NCBI GenBank assembly: GCA_963701295.1
Contig: OY969585.1
Coordinates: 832,001 to 896,000 of the forward strand
Direction: 5' to 3'
DNA: 64,000 bases
From: Ignavibacteriota bacterium
GTDB taxonomy: Bacteria; Bacteroidota; Ignavibacteria; UBA10030
In this document: in pieces, positions 51,709 to 61,749 of the stretch
How the letters are laid out: each line of letters opens with the position of its first letter
Numbering within the stretch: position 1 is the first letter of the stretch
Notes under the pieces: model-generated
Databases searched by the model: none
Seen by the model: only the letters and a program-made list of their open reading frames with translations
What the model was told of the DNA's origin: nothing
Program-made: the position numbers and the translations under genes

Positions 51709-52955
51709 AAACGGTACTCCATATCTTTGTTCTTTTTCTTCTTAGTACCTGCTTCTTAAACGCGAGGCAACTATCTGACCGATTGATCGTCAACAAATTT
51801 GAAGAATCAGTGAAAGAATTGCATCTCTTCGCCGATTCCGCGAAGACTATGCAGGATTGCGTTGAGATTAGCACGATGGTGGACGAAATTGAAGTGAAAT
51901 ATGCAGGAAAGAAAGACCTTCTTGATCGTGCTCTCTATCCGGATGATTATAGTAAAACTTTCGAAAAGCTCAGAGCTAAATTAATGATACGCCGGAACGA
52001 TCTTGGCATCATCGAAACACAATATGTCCGCATCACTGAGCTGGAGATGCAGGTCCATGGACTTTCGAATAAAGTTGATAGTCTCAGCCAGGAAAATGAA
52101 AAGCTTATGAAAGATATGGAAAGGCTGTCCATCATTGCTGCTGCCAACAAATCTCATGTTGATTCATTGCAGACGGTTATCAGCAAACTCCAGCAAAATT
52201 TGAAGGAGAGAGATCAATTGATCTTTTCTCTTGTGGATAGCCTCTTTCTGCAATACGACAAGAACATTTCAGATATGACGGATATAGAAAAACAATCTAT
52301 GTCTAGAAAACTCGAACGACACAATGTATTTACCGGTATTAAAAAATCAATAGAGGACAATCTGAAGTTTCTTCAATCAACCAATCTCACGCCGAATGAT
52401 TATGTCGAAATTGCCCGTCAGAACAATCAATTCATGAGCCGATGGAAAGGTGTCAGCCCAAAATTGTCAGACATTTATTTGTCTGGCAAAAAGAAAAAGG
52501 ACGAAGTGGCACAAATAGATTCATTACTGACAGTATGGTCAAAGGAAGTTGATCGTAGCAATTGGGCATCACTCAACACATTATTGAGCCGGAAAGGAAT
52601 AGTTCTTAAGCCATTTAGCAATGGTGATGAATTCACATCGTATTTTACTAAACATATTGATAGCCTGGTTAAAAACACAAATCAAGAACCTGAAGATATT
52701 CGCGCAAAGCAATTTAATACCTTCAACGATTCTGTTTGGAAAAACAATCTAAAACCGACATGGCTGCCGGTTTTAGTGGAATCAGGTAAATTAACTGTGG
52801 ACCAGAAAAATAAAATTGAAGAGTCTGTAGATTCCTGGCACTCCGCTGTTACTCCATCTTCGCCCATCGTGTATGCCGTAATTATTATACTCATCCTCAC
52901 CATTATCTTGGGACTTGCAATGCGTTTTCGTAAAAAACCGTCCGCACAATCATAG
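51705..52955 (+). CDS. Hypothetical exported coiled-coil protein with C-terminal membrane anchor
   Basis: Signal peptide, heptad-rich middle, terminal TM followed by RFRKK. Confidence 0.75.
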   Translation: MKTVLHIFVLFLLSTCFLNARQLSDRLIVNKFEESVKELHLFADSAKTMQDCVEISTMVDEIEVKYAGKKDLLDRALYPDDYSKTFEKLRAKLMIRRNDLGIIETQYVRITELEMQVHGLSNKVDSLSQENEKLMKDMERLSIIAAANKSHVDSLQTVISKLQQNLKERDQLIFSLVDSLFLQYDKNISDMTDIEKQSMSRKLERHNVFTGIKKSIEDNLKFLQSTNLTPNDYVEIARQNNQFMSRWKGVSPKLSDIYLSGKKKKDEVAQIDSLLTVWSKEVDRSNWASLNTLLSRKGIVLKPFSNGDEFTSYFTKHIDSLVKNTNQEPEDIRAKQFNTFNDSVWKNNLKPTWLPVLVESGKLTVDQKNKIEESVDSWHSAVTPSSPIVYAVIIILILTIILGLAMRFRKKPSAQS

Positions 52956-53146
52956 TCGTATGTTCTACTGGTTTCGTTGAATCTTACACATCCATTCCTT
53001 TTCCGAGGGATAGACCTTTTTATACTGACATACGTTGAATCTCTCTCGGATAACTTGTAGATTAGGCGTGACCAGAGTATACATCGTGAAGCATTCGAAC
53101 AAAGTTTTTGTATCATCGTGATCTGAAAGATTTTAAGAAATTCCAG

Positions 53147-54829
53147 ATGAAGCGCCAAAGATTCTTTTCACGTCAGCCATTGCACCTGCTGCAACGTATC
53201 ACCAGCCGGCGGAATGCCATGCTGCTTGTACGATTGTTTATTTCGCTTATTGTCATTCTTGTCCTGTATTCCTTTGTATTTCATTATCTCATGCACGCCG
53301 AAGGACAAGAACACAGTATTGTCACGGGATTATATTGGACACTTTCGACCATGACAACATTGGGACTGGGTGACATCACGTTTGCCAGCGATGAGGGAAG
53401 ATTCTTTACCATCATCGTGGTATGCACAGGAATATTGTTTCTGCTCGTGTTGTTACCCTTTACAATTATTCAACTTTTTCAATCATCAGCAAGAATTCCA
53501 CGAGAGTTGCCCGAAGGGACACACGGTCACGTTGTGTTAACGGAATATAATCCATTGACAAGTGCACTTGTTGAGAGATTGCAGCGGTACAATCAGCCGT
53601 ACGCCGTATTGGTTTCTGATCTTGAAGAAGCAATACAACTTCGGGAGCAGGGAATTAAAACCGTTGCAGGAAAACTCGACGATCCTAATACATTCAAAGA
53701 AATTCGAATTGAGCATGCTGCATTTCTCGTCGCCACAGGCTCCGACATAATCAATACTTCACTAGCATACACCGTCCGCAGCGTTTCAGAAAATATTCCT
53801 ATCATTGCCGCAGCAAGTGGAGGACCGGCAGTGCGCATTTTGGAACGAGCAGGTTGCACACATGTGTTAGCGTTAGATGAAATGATGGGGCAATCACTCG
53901 CGCGCAGAATTATTGCCGGCGATGCAATGGCACATATTATTGGCCAGATCGATGACATGGTGATTGCCGAAGCGGCCGCAGCCGGAACGCCATTGGTCGG
54001 CAAAACGGTTGCACAGACTCTCGCATCGCATCTCGTTGATGCATCCATTGTTGGTCTTTGGGAGGATGGAAAGTTTTCTCTCCCCACGAGCAATACAGTG
54101 ATCACCGCGAAAAACATTCTTGTCATCGCAGGATTGCAGAATCATATTGATCGGTACAACGAGCTCTTTTGTATTTATAATATCAGCAGTGCTCCAATTT
54201 TGATTATCGGAGGCGGCAGTGTTGGATGCGCACTCGCTCAGGTATTGAAGGATCATGATATCGATTCCAGGATTATCGAAAAATCGAGAGTACTGATTTT
54301 AGATGACAAGAGATATATCCATGGCGATGCAATAGACAAACATATCTTGGAACGGTCGGGATTTTTCCAAGCTCCTGCCGTCGCGGTTACAACGCACAGT
54401 GACCCGATCAATATCTACATCACAACATATCTTCGCTATCTACGGAAAGACATCCAAATTATCAGCCGCGCAACATTGGATCGAAATATTCAGACGCTGC
54501 ATTCTGCCGGCTGCGACTTTGTTGTCTCACATGCATCTCTTGGCGCAAATAATATCTTCAACCTCTCAAAGCGCGGCAGCATTCTCATGATTGCTGAGGG
54601 GGTCGATGTATTCCGTGTGAAAACTCCTAAAGCATTGGCCGGCAAGACAATCAAATATGCCTCTATTCGTGAAGAATGCGGCTGCAGTATCATCGGAATA
54701 AACGCTAACGGGTTGCTCATGATCAATCCACATTCCGAGACAATACTTCCTTCCGATGGAAAAATGATTTTTATTGGAACAGTAGAATCTGAAGAAAAAT
54801 TTTTCAGGCAGTATCGACCGGAAGAATGA
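53147..54829 (+). CDS. Two-TM potassium channel with tandem RCK (TrkA-N/TrkA-C) domains
   Basis: LYWTLSTMTTLGLGDI pore; two TrkA-N domains (second IIGGGSVG) each followed by TrkA-C. ATG at 53147. Confidence 0.88.
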   Translation: MKRQRFFSRQPLHLLQRITSRRNAMLLVRLFISLIVILVLYSFVFHYLMHAEGQEHSIVTGLYWTLSTMTTLGLGDITFASDEGRFFTIIVVCTGILFLLVLLPFTIIQLFQSSARIPRELPEGTHGHVVLTEYNPLTSALVERLQRYNQPYAVLVSDLEEAIQLREQGIKTVAGKLDDPNTFKEIRIEHAAFLVATGSDIINTSLAYTVRSVSENIPIIAAASGGPAVRILERAGCTHVLALDEMMGQSLARRIIAGDAMAHIIGQIDDMVIAEAAAAGTPLVGKTVAQTLASHLVDASIVGLWEDGKFSLPTSNTVITAKNILVIAGLQNHIDRYNELFCIYNISSAPILIIGGGSVGCALAQVLKDHDIDSRIIEKSRVLILDDKRYIHGDAIDKHILERSGFFQAPAVAVTTHSDPINIYITTYLRYLRKDIQIISRATLDRNIQTLHSAGCDFVVSHASLGANNIFNLSKRGSILMIAEGVDVFRVKTPKALAGKTIKYASIREECGCSIIGINANGLLMINPHSETILPSDGKMIFIGTVESEEKFFRQYRPEE

Positions 54830-54915
54830 ATGCTTCTTATCCCTCATAGAATCCTTGAAACGAGTTTCCGCAACGATTCTAACGAATTCTCATATCAGCT
54901 ATTTCCGATTGACAT

Positions 54916-56109
54916 TTAGCTGTCTTTTTCAAGAATAAAGGCTGCATCAAGTTCAAACAATAATTCATCCCTGCATACATCCGCCACGACACATACGGAA
55001 GGCGAATTAGAAATACCCATTTGTTCGATGATCTCCTGATAAATCAAAAAATCTTCTTTGCGTTTGATGAACACTGTGGCTTCGCATAGATCCTGAAGTG
55101 TCGCGCCCTCTGATGCTACTAACTCAGAAACCACGCTCAGAGTTTGCCGGATTTGAGCTGCCGGATCGCCCATAAACATACTTTTACCATGTTCGTCAAT
55201 GGAAGCCGTGCCCGAAACTAGAATCAGCTTGCTGCCAGGTTCTTTGACCACCATAGCGCGTGAAAATGCGGAACCATATCGAAAAGGGGAACGCTGTTTG
55301 ACGCCGTAAAGAGGTCGGATTTGAATGGAACTTCCCGGCGATCGATGAATGGCAAATACATCCATTATCGCGGGGAGACTGGAGAAATTTTTACCTTCGA
55401 TGCCAGTGCTAGCAGGAAGGTAAATTTGTTCTGCCTGCATTTTGGAATCGGTATTTCCAAGAAAACCGTAATCTGAATAACAGTGGTTTCTAACCGTATT
55501 AAAATCGACGTACCAATCTAAAATATCAGATATGTAAATCCACGTACGCACAACATCTTGATACGACGCGCCTTCGGCACGGAGAAGTTTCTCCGCCTGA
55601 TTGAACATGGCTTCGGACTGGGATTTTCGGTCTGCGCGTTTTGTATCTTTCGTATTTCCGCCATCAATACTCTGGAGGACGAAAAAAGTGGAGCCGTTGA
55701 GATTCCAAGCACGTCCCTTAGGAATTCCCTGGTCCAGAATTGTCCAAATACGGGTTTCCGAGTCGAGTTTCAGAGCTCTGATCTGGACACCGGCAAATTT
55801 GTTTTCCAGACACGATTCTCCCTCAATGAAAGTGACAGGCGTATTTGTCTCCATTTTATATTTAAGAACTGCGCGGTCGCGAGCTTCGAGGATTTGCTTC
55901 TGAAGTTCAATACTGCCGAAGCATCGTTCATGAATAATTTTGCTCTCGAAAGCAGATAATAGTTCGGCTATCCTTTTATAGATTTCCTCCGCTGATTGTT
56001 CCGGATCTGCATCCAATTTTGTAACAGAGGCACTCATAAATAACTGGTTATGGACGGATGTTACAAAAAATTTAAAGTTTGGATATAATTCAACTGAACG
56101 TTTAACCAT
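54916..56109 (-). CDS. Tandem RidA-fold protein, FkbO/Hyg5 chorismatase-like
   Basis: VVRTWIY...FN.VR, PASTGI, YGSAFSRA, VSGTASID..G, ADVCRDELLFELDA. Confidence 0.75.
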   Translation of the reverse strand: MVKRSVELYPNFKFFVTSVHNQLFMSASVTKLDADPEQSAEEIYKRIAELLSAFESKIIHERCFGSIELQKQILEARDRAVLKYKMETNTPVTFIEGESCLENKFAGVQIRALKLDSETRIWTILDQGIPKGRAWNLNGSTFFVLQSIDGGNTKDTKRADRKSQSEAMFNQAEKLLRAEGASYQDVVRTWIYISDILDWYVDFNTVRNHCYSDYGFLGNTDSKMQAEQIYLPASTGIEGKNFSSLPAIMDVFAIHRSPGSSIQIRPLYGVKQRSPFRYGSAFSRAMVVKEPGSKLILVSGTASIDEHGKSMFMGDPAAQIRQTLSVVSELVASEGATLQDLCEATVFIKRKEDFLIYQEIIEQMGISNSPSVCVVADVCRDELLFELDAAFILEKDS

Positions 56110-56146
56110 TTACTTCCTTCATTTAGCGGTTCATCATACTCCATTT

Positions 56147-57727
56147 CTATGGAGTTTTCACCTGTACATCAGACTTTGCCTTACCGTTGTTTTTGTTTTG
56201 GATTACATTCGAATCTAATTTTGCTGTCAGAGCATCCTTTTCCGAAAAGGCGGCCTTCGCAAGAGTTTGTGGACTAATATGAATTGGCTCTTTAGTGAAT
56301 TCCGGAACGTTATAGAGTTCTAAACAGGTTTCGTAAAATAAAGGATTCTCTTGTGGGAGGACAAACGGTTTGGATGCATTTCCCAACGAATCAATGTGAC
56401 TAAAATATGGCATGGTAAATAAATTATCGTATCGTTTGCTCGAAAATACAATCCATTGACTGTTACTTGACCATGAATGAAACGAATCGGCTCGATCGCT
56501 GTTTATATCTAACTTCTTCCATTTGCCACTTGTTAAGTCCAATAAATATAAATCGGCGCTAGGAAGATAGATCGGGAACTGGCTGTATTGAGCTGCTGTG
56601 AAGAGAACAAAGCGGCCATCGGGTGAAACCCTTGGTTCGGTAATACTTAATCCAATCTCAGCGGAAGAAATTACAGTTTCGAGCTTCCCCCAGGTACGAC
56701 TTACTGGATCATAGGCAATCCTCATCAAATCGTATTTAATTTTATCGTAAGCTAAATCACTGCGTTTGTTAAGATTTTCAAACGATTCCATTTTAGGAGC
56801 GCTACAGAAATATAGGAATTTACCATCAGGTGACCAAGCAGGCCAATTTTCCATGCGCTCAGGGCTGGAAATCTCCGGTGTAGTCGTGATGGTGTTCGTC
56901 GGAATATCGTATAAAACAATGTCCGAATACCGGTCAAGTACATCGCGACATTCACCCGTCTGGTGGAAGAACAGCTGTAATTTGCTGACTGCAAACGCAA
57001 TTAATTCACCGGACGGATGCCAAGCTGGATAAGCAGTTGCTCCGTTGAACTTAGTTTTCGTATCGATTCTTCGAACTTTGCCGTCCACGATTAACAGCAT
57101 TGAAGTACTAGGCGCCCCCCGTAAATGGAGAAGCCATCGATCGGTTCCGTTCTTCCAGAAATTGTGACAGTTCATACAATTGTTCGACGTCAACTCGTTG
57201 AGAAGAATTGGCTTTTCGTCAAAGGTCTCGAGGCTACGCTGAAAAATACCCATTTTTCTAAAATGGTTAAACAGGGGACCGAGTTTTCGATACACAAGAT
57301 AGCCATCCATGGATTCCTGTGCGATCCGGTTCACCACGGAATCGAAGCGAATCCATTGATTAGCTTGATTCTTTATAAAGATGTCCAAGATTAGTTGTTG
57401 TCCAAGGTTCTCCGCGAGCAGCTGTTTCCAAGATTCCATAGGAATCTGGATGTTGCCGGAACTGTTTTGAATTCGAATCGGATCCCCTCGTTTGGATCGA
57501 ATCCGGACGAAATACTCTTGACCAGATTCTTTAATGGAAAAATTAAGAGGTGCGATGTTGGGAGGAATTTCTATGCCGAAATAATCGGGCTCAATGCTCG
57601 CAAGTCGGCCAATGGATTGGACGTCCGTTCTTCCCTCCGGTGTCGTTGAACATCCTGCACACAGAAAGAGAATCCCAACAAATGAAATCCAGTAAACAGC
57701 TGTTTTGATATTACTATTGATATTCAT
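56147..57727 (-). CDS. TolB-like beta-propeller lipoprotein with a CxxCH motif
   Basis: Lipobox CAGC, NCMNCH, PD40-type repeats (YPAWHPSG, PAWSPDG, PRVSPDG, SWSSNS). Confidence 0.8.
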   Translation of the reverse strand: MNINSNIKTAVYWISFVGILFLCAGCSTTPEGRTDVQSIGRLASIEPDYFGIEIPPNIAPLNFSIKESGQEYFVRIRSKRGDPIRIQNSSGNIQIPMESWKQLLAENLGQQLILDIFIKNQANQWIRFDSVVNRIAQESMDGYLVYRKLGPLFNHFRKMGIFQRSLETFDEKPILLNELTSNNCMNCHNFWKNGTDRWLLHLRGAPSTSMLLIVDGKVRRIDTKTKFNGATAYPAWHPSGELIAFAVSKLQLFFHQTGECRDVLDRYSDIVLYDIPTNTITTTPEISSPERMENWPAWSPDGKFLYFCSAPKMESFENLNKRSDLAYDKIKYDLMRIAYDPVSRTWGKLETVISSAEIGLSITEPRVSPDGRFVLFTAAQYSQFPIYLPSADLYLLDLTSGKWKKLDINSDRADSFHSWSSNSQWIVFSSKRYDNLFTMPYFSHIDSLGNASKPFVLPQENPLFYETCLELYNVPEFTKEPIHISPQTLAKAAFSEKDALTAKLDSNVIQNKNNGKAKSDVQVKTP

Positions 57728-59570
57728 TTTGACTATCCGATTGCCTTGAAGAGGGTTTGACGAACATTAAATAATACCAATAGGTGTCGCCAAACCGTAT
57801 TTTCAGATCTTGCTGCGCGCTGTATTTGTCCCCCTTATGTTTGCGAAAAATTTGTTCGTATTCAATAAATCGATTGTAGTTGAGCGGATGAACCAATTGT
57901 TTCAACTGACCCAGATCGAATTTTGGAGTCAATGCCGCGTTGACCATCAGCGCTTCCTGAACGTGGCGAGGAATTTTGAAAGATGTCATAGTACCTATAA
58001 ACGAAATATGATTCCAAATTTCCTTTACATTGCCATTTAATAAATAATATGCGATTAGATATTCGAGCGCCATTTTATTTCTAGGATTCTGCTTCAACAA
58101 CAACCCCAGTTCACGTAAGGACGTTCCTCCGAGCGAGATTAAATCCTCAACCGGCATGCACGAATAAATGTATTTGTACTCGCTGGTGAAAGCGAGTTCC
58201 GATGGATTTTCATTGAGCCGTATGAGATTCTCTGCGGTTTTTTCCTTGAAAGGAACTTTCTTCAGATTCAGGAAAAACCGGTTGGCTGCCTTATGATCAC
58301 CCTTCATCATATATACCATCCCGAGCCGTTTTAAAAGATCGGGAGTGGGCCCCCTATGCTCGAGAGCTTCGTGTGCCCAGTGTTGAGATTCGTTGACCAG
58401 CCCCAGTTTCCAGCTTAAATTGCTCGCTTCTTCCGGCCATGCGAGACACCATGTTTGATTCATTAGAAGGCCCGCAGTTCCTCTAGATTGAGGATAGGCA
58501 AACATACTATCTAGAAGCATATCTGTTTGAAAGAGGGCAAGGTTAGTTTGACATGAAAGTAGAGGATTCTCGTTCGAACAGTGCTGAGTCAACTCGAACA
58601 CGTCTGTCCAATGTTCCTCACGCACAGCTCGGTTGACTTGGAGGACAAGCTTTTTTATATCGCTGGTAGATTCCTTCGCTAACAGAATAGTTCCACTTAA
58701 CAAGAAGAGTGTTCCTACTGTCCATCTCCAGACATAGGCAGGTTTGACAAATTTTTTAAATGGTTTCCGAATTCCAGGTAACTTCGCGATCGAAGCGATT
58801 ATAAGTGTTAGCAGAAAAAAAGCGGGGAGACTATATGCAATGATCCAGGATTCGATCGGATTTTCAAAAGTTAGGTTATGCAGATAAGATTGTCTCAGAG
58901 TGATGAGAAAAACAGACATATATGCCACGAAGGGCAGAAGGGCAGAAATCAACAGAAGTAAAAGGCCGCTTACAATCTTTCTCCTGAAAAGAAGATCCTC
59001 CAATCCGCAGAGAACGGCAAACATCAGAAAAGCGCCACCAGTGGTCCAATATAATAAAACGGTGATGACCAAACCTAATCCGATACGAATCACCGGCTGT
59101 TTCGGTGACCAACGAATGAATAAAACCAAAAAGAATAAATTAATGATTATTGCCAATGAGGCGCTCAGATTAAAATCGTAATTGCTATAAAGAACGAGTA
59201 ATAAACCAGCCGGAATCAAATGGAATGTATGAATTGGACGATTTTCGGTCATGGTTTCTATCCATTTTCTGGTTAAAAACCCAACTATCCAAAAGCAAAT
59301 TGTTAAGACTAAGGCACTTAAAAAATTGGAAAACCAGAATTGCATTAAAAATGCCGAGAGCCAATCGACCAACCCTCCTGGGATTTTTAAAAAGTCACCC
59401 AGAAAACCGATCCCTTTTAAGAAGACAGGTGGGTGCGCTTCGAGAATAAGAACAGGACGAATTCGAAGCAACAGGTAAAAGAAGCACGCCACAAAAACAA
59501 GGCACTCTTGAACCCAAGTACTTACGTATGTGAATCCATGTTTTTCACTAGAGCGGGACATTTTTTTCAC
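57714..59570 (-). CDS. DUF6057-like multi-TM membrane protein with soluble helical C-domain
   Basis: PGG...LS.FL.QFW, about 9 TMs, NLAL......LDSMFAYPQ, N.MALEYL.AY.LL, FGDTYWYY. Confidence 0.7.
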   Translation of the reverse strand: MKKMSRSSEKHGFTYVSTWVQECLVFVACFFYLLLRIRPVLILEAHPPVFLKGIGFLGDFLKIPGGLVDWLSAFLMQFWFSNFLSALVLTICFWIVGFLTRKWIETMTENRPIHTFHLIPAGLLLVLYSNYDFNLSASLAIIINLFFLVLFIRWSPKQPVIRIGLGLVITVLLYWTTGGAFLMFAVLCGLEDLLFRRKIVSGLLLLLISALLPFVAYMSVFLITLRQSYLHNLTFENPIESWIIAYSLPAFFLLTLIIASIAKLPGIRKPFKKFVKPAYVWRWTVGTLFLLSGTILLAKESTSDIKKLVLQVNRAVREEHWTDVFELTQHCSNENPLLSCQTNLALFQTDMLLDSMFAYPQSRGTAGLLMNQTWCLAWPEEASNLSWKLGLVNESQHWAHEALEHRGPTPDLLKRLGMVYMMKGDHKAANRFFLNLKKVPFKEKTAENLIRLNENPSELAFTSEYKYIYSCMPVEDLISLGGTSLRELGLLLKQNPRNKMALEYLIAYYLLNGNVKEIWNHISFIGTMTSFKIPRHVQEALMVNAALTPKFDLGQLKQLVHPLNYNRFIEYEQIFRKHKGDKYSAQQDLKIRFGDTYWYYLMFVKPSSRQSDSQNEYQ

Positions 59571-59754
59571 TTATGTATCAATGAAAGTATTTATTTAAAA
59601 TATACGATTTAATAGCAAGTTTTCAAAGAAGTGTTTCGATTTTTAATTTGTTTTCTTATAATTTTACACTAGGATTGATTTTTTTGTGCTTCAGAACGGA
59701 TTATTATTGCCGTTTAAATTCACTTTTGGGTGAGTACCCATTGAAAATGTATAT

Positions 59755-59783
59755 TTGCATTCCTTCACACTTTCGAGTATTTT
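59755..59783 (+). promoter_or_regulatory. Putative sigma70-type promoter for fba
   Basis: TTGCAT-N17-TATTTT. Confidence 0.45.
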
Positions 59784-59929
59784 AAAGAAGAGTCGGTACG
59801 GCAAAGCCACTCCGTATCGCTCAATACCATAAGCGGTCTCTCATTTTTTTCTGATTCTGAGAGAACCTATTCTTTTTCCATGGTGTTATTAATAATGTGG
59901 CTTCACTCGGAATAACAGAAGATTACTTT

Positions 59930-60922
59930 ATGACAACATACAAAGAATTAGGATTGGTGAATTCGAAAGAATTATTCCAAAAAGCAATTGAAGGTGGATA
60001 TGCAATTCCAGCCTTTAATTTTAACAACCTGGAACAATTACAGGCAATTATCAGTGCATGTGTTGAAACCAAATCGCCTGTGATTCTTCAAGTATCTAGC
60101 GGTGCGCGTAAATATGCCAACCAAACCTTGTTGAAGCACCTCGCAAAAGGCGCAGTGGATTATGCGAAGGAATTGGGCTATGCTATTCCTATCGTGCTAC
60201 ACCTGGATCACGGCGATACTTTTGAACTCTGCAAGTCCTGCATCGAGTCCGGCTTCTCCTCGGTTATGATCGACGGCTCGCATTACCCTTATGACAAAAA
60301 CGCAGAAGTCACTAAGCAGGTGGTTGAATATGCACATAAGTACAATGTAACAGTGGAAGGCGAGCTGGGCGTGTTGGCTGGCATCGAAGACGAAGTCTCC
60401 AGCGCTGTAACACATTATACGAAACCGGAAGAAGTAGAAGATTTTGTGAAGAAGACCGGTGTGGATTCGCTGGCAATTTCCATCGGCACATCGCATGGCG
60501 CTAATAAGTTCAAGCCGGAACAATGTACACGCTCGGCAGATGGTGTGCTCTTGCCGCCACCGCTTCGTTTTGATATTTTGGAAGAAGTGGAAAAACGGAT
60601 CCCTGGATTCCCTATCGTTTTGCACGGTGCTTCTTCAGTGCCGGCTGAGCTGGTGAAGATCATCAACGCGAATGGCGGTAAGCTGAAAGATGCAGTTGGA
60701 ATTCCTGAAGACCAGTTGCGCAAAGCAGCGGCATCGGCAGTCTGCAAAGTGAACATTGATTCGGATGGCCGATTAGCAATGACAGCGGCAATTCGTAAAG
60801 TCTTTGTTGATAGTCCGGCTGAATTTGACCCACGCAAATATCTTGGCCCAGCACGTGATCAACTTAAGGCGCTCTATAAGCATAAGATCGTGAATGTGCT
60901 TGGCAGTAATAATAGAGCGTAA
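59930..60922 (+). CDS. fba: Class II fructose-bisphosphate aldolase
   Basis: LHLDHG, SSVMIDGSH, VEGELG, IGTSHGA, VLHGAS, KVNIDSD, FDPRKYL. ATG at 59930. Confidence 0.95.
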   Translation: MTTYKELGLVNSKELFQKAIEGGYAIPAFNFNNLEQLQAIISACVETKSPVILQVSSGARKYANQTLLKHLAKGAVDYAKELGYAIPIVLHLDHGDTFELCKSCIESGFSSVMIDGSHYPYDKNAEVTKQVVEYAHKYNVTVEGELGVLAGIEDEVSSAVTHYTKPEEVEDFVKKTGVDSLAISIGTSHGANKFKPEQCTRSADGVLLPPPLRFDILEEVEKRIPGFPIVLHGASSVPAELVKIINANGGKLKDAVGIPEDQLRKAAASAVCKVNIDSDGRLAMTAAIRKVFVDSPAEFDPRKYLGPARDQLKALYKHKIVNVLGSNNRA

Positions 60923-60944
60923 CCATATTATCAAGTGTAAACAG

Positions 60945-60967
60945 AAATCCCGCCTTGTGCGGGATTT
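60945..60967. terminator. Hairpin with TCCCGC/GCGGGA core, likely bidirectional terminator
   Basis: AAATCCCGC-CTTGT-GCGGGATTT between convergent genes. Confidence 0.7.
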
Positions 60968-61030
60968 AGTTATGCTTTGACAGGGAATAATTCTTAATCT
61001 GAGTTTACTTTAAAGATATGCAGGAAGCAT

Positions 61031-61618
61031 TCAATCCTTTTTCATAAGCCACTCGCGCAATAGTCTATCCTCTTCCTTTTTGTTCATTGCACTATCTTCC
61101 TCTCGGACATTAAGATCCTTAAATATTTTTCTTGCCCTTGCACGAAAAGCAGGCGTACCATATGGAAGCATTTGATGCACAAGGACATGCAGTTCTTTCA
61201 ACAAATCAGGTTCTTTCTTAGCTATGTTCGCCAAGACAGTCATTGCAAATGCTTGTGGAGCAACAGCGGCTTTTGTATCGGAAATAAAGTTGAAACATAT
61301 ATTCGCGACTGTTCCCTTGAGCGATGCCGGTATTTCTACATATTGTAATATACGTAACACATTGCGTTGGATAGCACTATGGATACTTGGTTCCTGCATT
61401 TTTTTTATCATCGGTTTCAACCACGGTCTAGCCAACTCCAGGTGGCGCTCACAACAATGTCCCACTACCCATGCGGAACGCCTTGAAGTATCTTGATCAC
61501 CATTCAAGAACAATTTCATCAAGTGTGCAAACCGTTTTGAATCTGTTCCGATCCATCTGATAAGTTTTTCAACCTGAGGTTTAGAGCGAAGGATTTTTAT
61601 TTCTGATTCAAGTTCCAT
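61031..61618 (-). CDS. Hypothetical HEAT/ARM-repeat-like protein
   Basis: Helical repeats (SRRSAWVV, IQRNVLRIL, AFAMTVL, AFRARA). Confidence 0.65.
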   Translation of the reverse strand: MELESEIKILRSKPQVEKLIRWIGTDSKRFAHLMKLFLNGDQDTSRRSAWVVGHCCERHLELARPWLKPMIKKMQEPSIHSAIQRNVLRILQYVEIPASLKGTVANICFNFISDTKAAVAPQAFAMTVLANIAKKEPDLLKELHVLVHQMLPYGTPAFRARARKIFKDLNVREEDSAMNKKEEDRLLREWLMKKD

Positions 61619-61683
61619 ACAGGTATAAATTGCCGAGAAAATTCTATTTGATCAAGAACCATAACCTCTCCTGACGGTAAAAT

Positions 61684-61711
61684 AAAAAGGGACGTCTTGC
61701 TGAACGTCCCT
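61684..61711 (-). terminator. Intrinsic terminator after sppA
   Basis: AGGGACGT-N8-ACGTCCCT followed by a T-run on the minus strand. Confidence 0.65.
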
Positions 61712-61749
61712 ACAAAAGCTAATTTTCTTACTTCATCTTTTTATTATAC

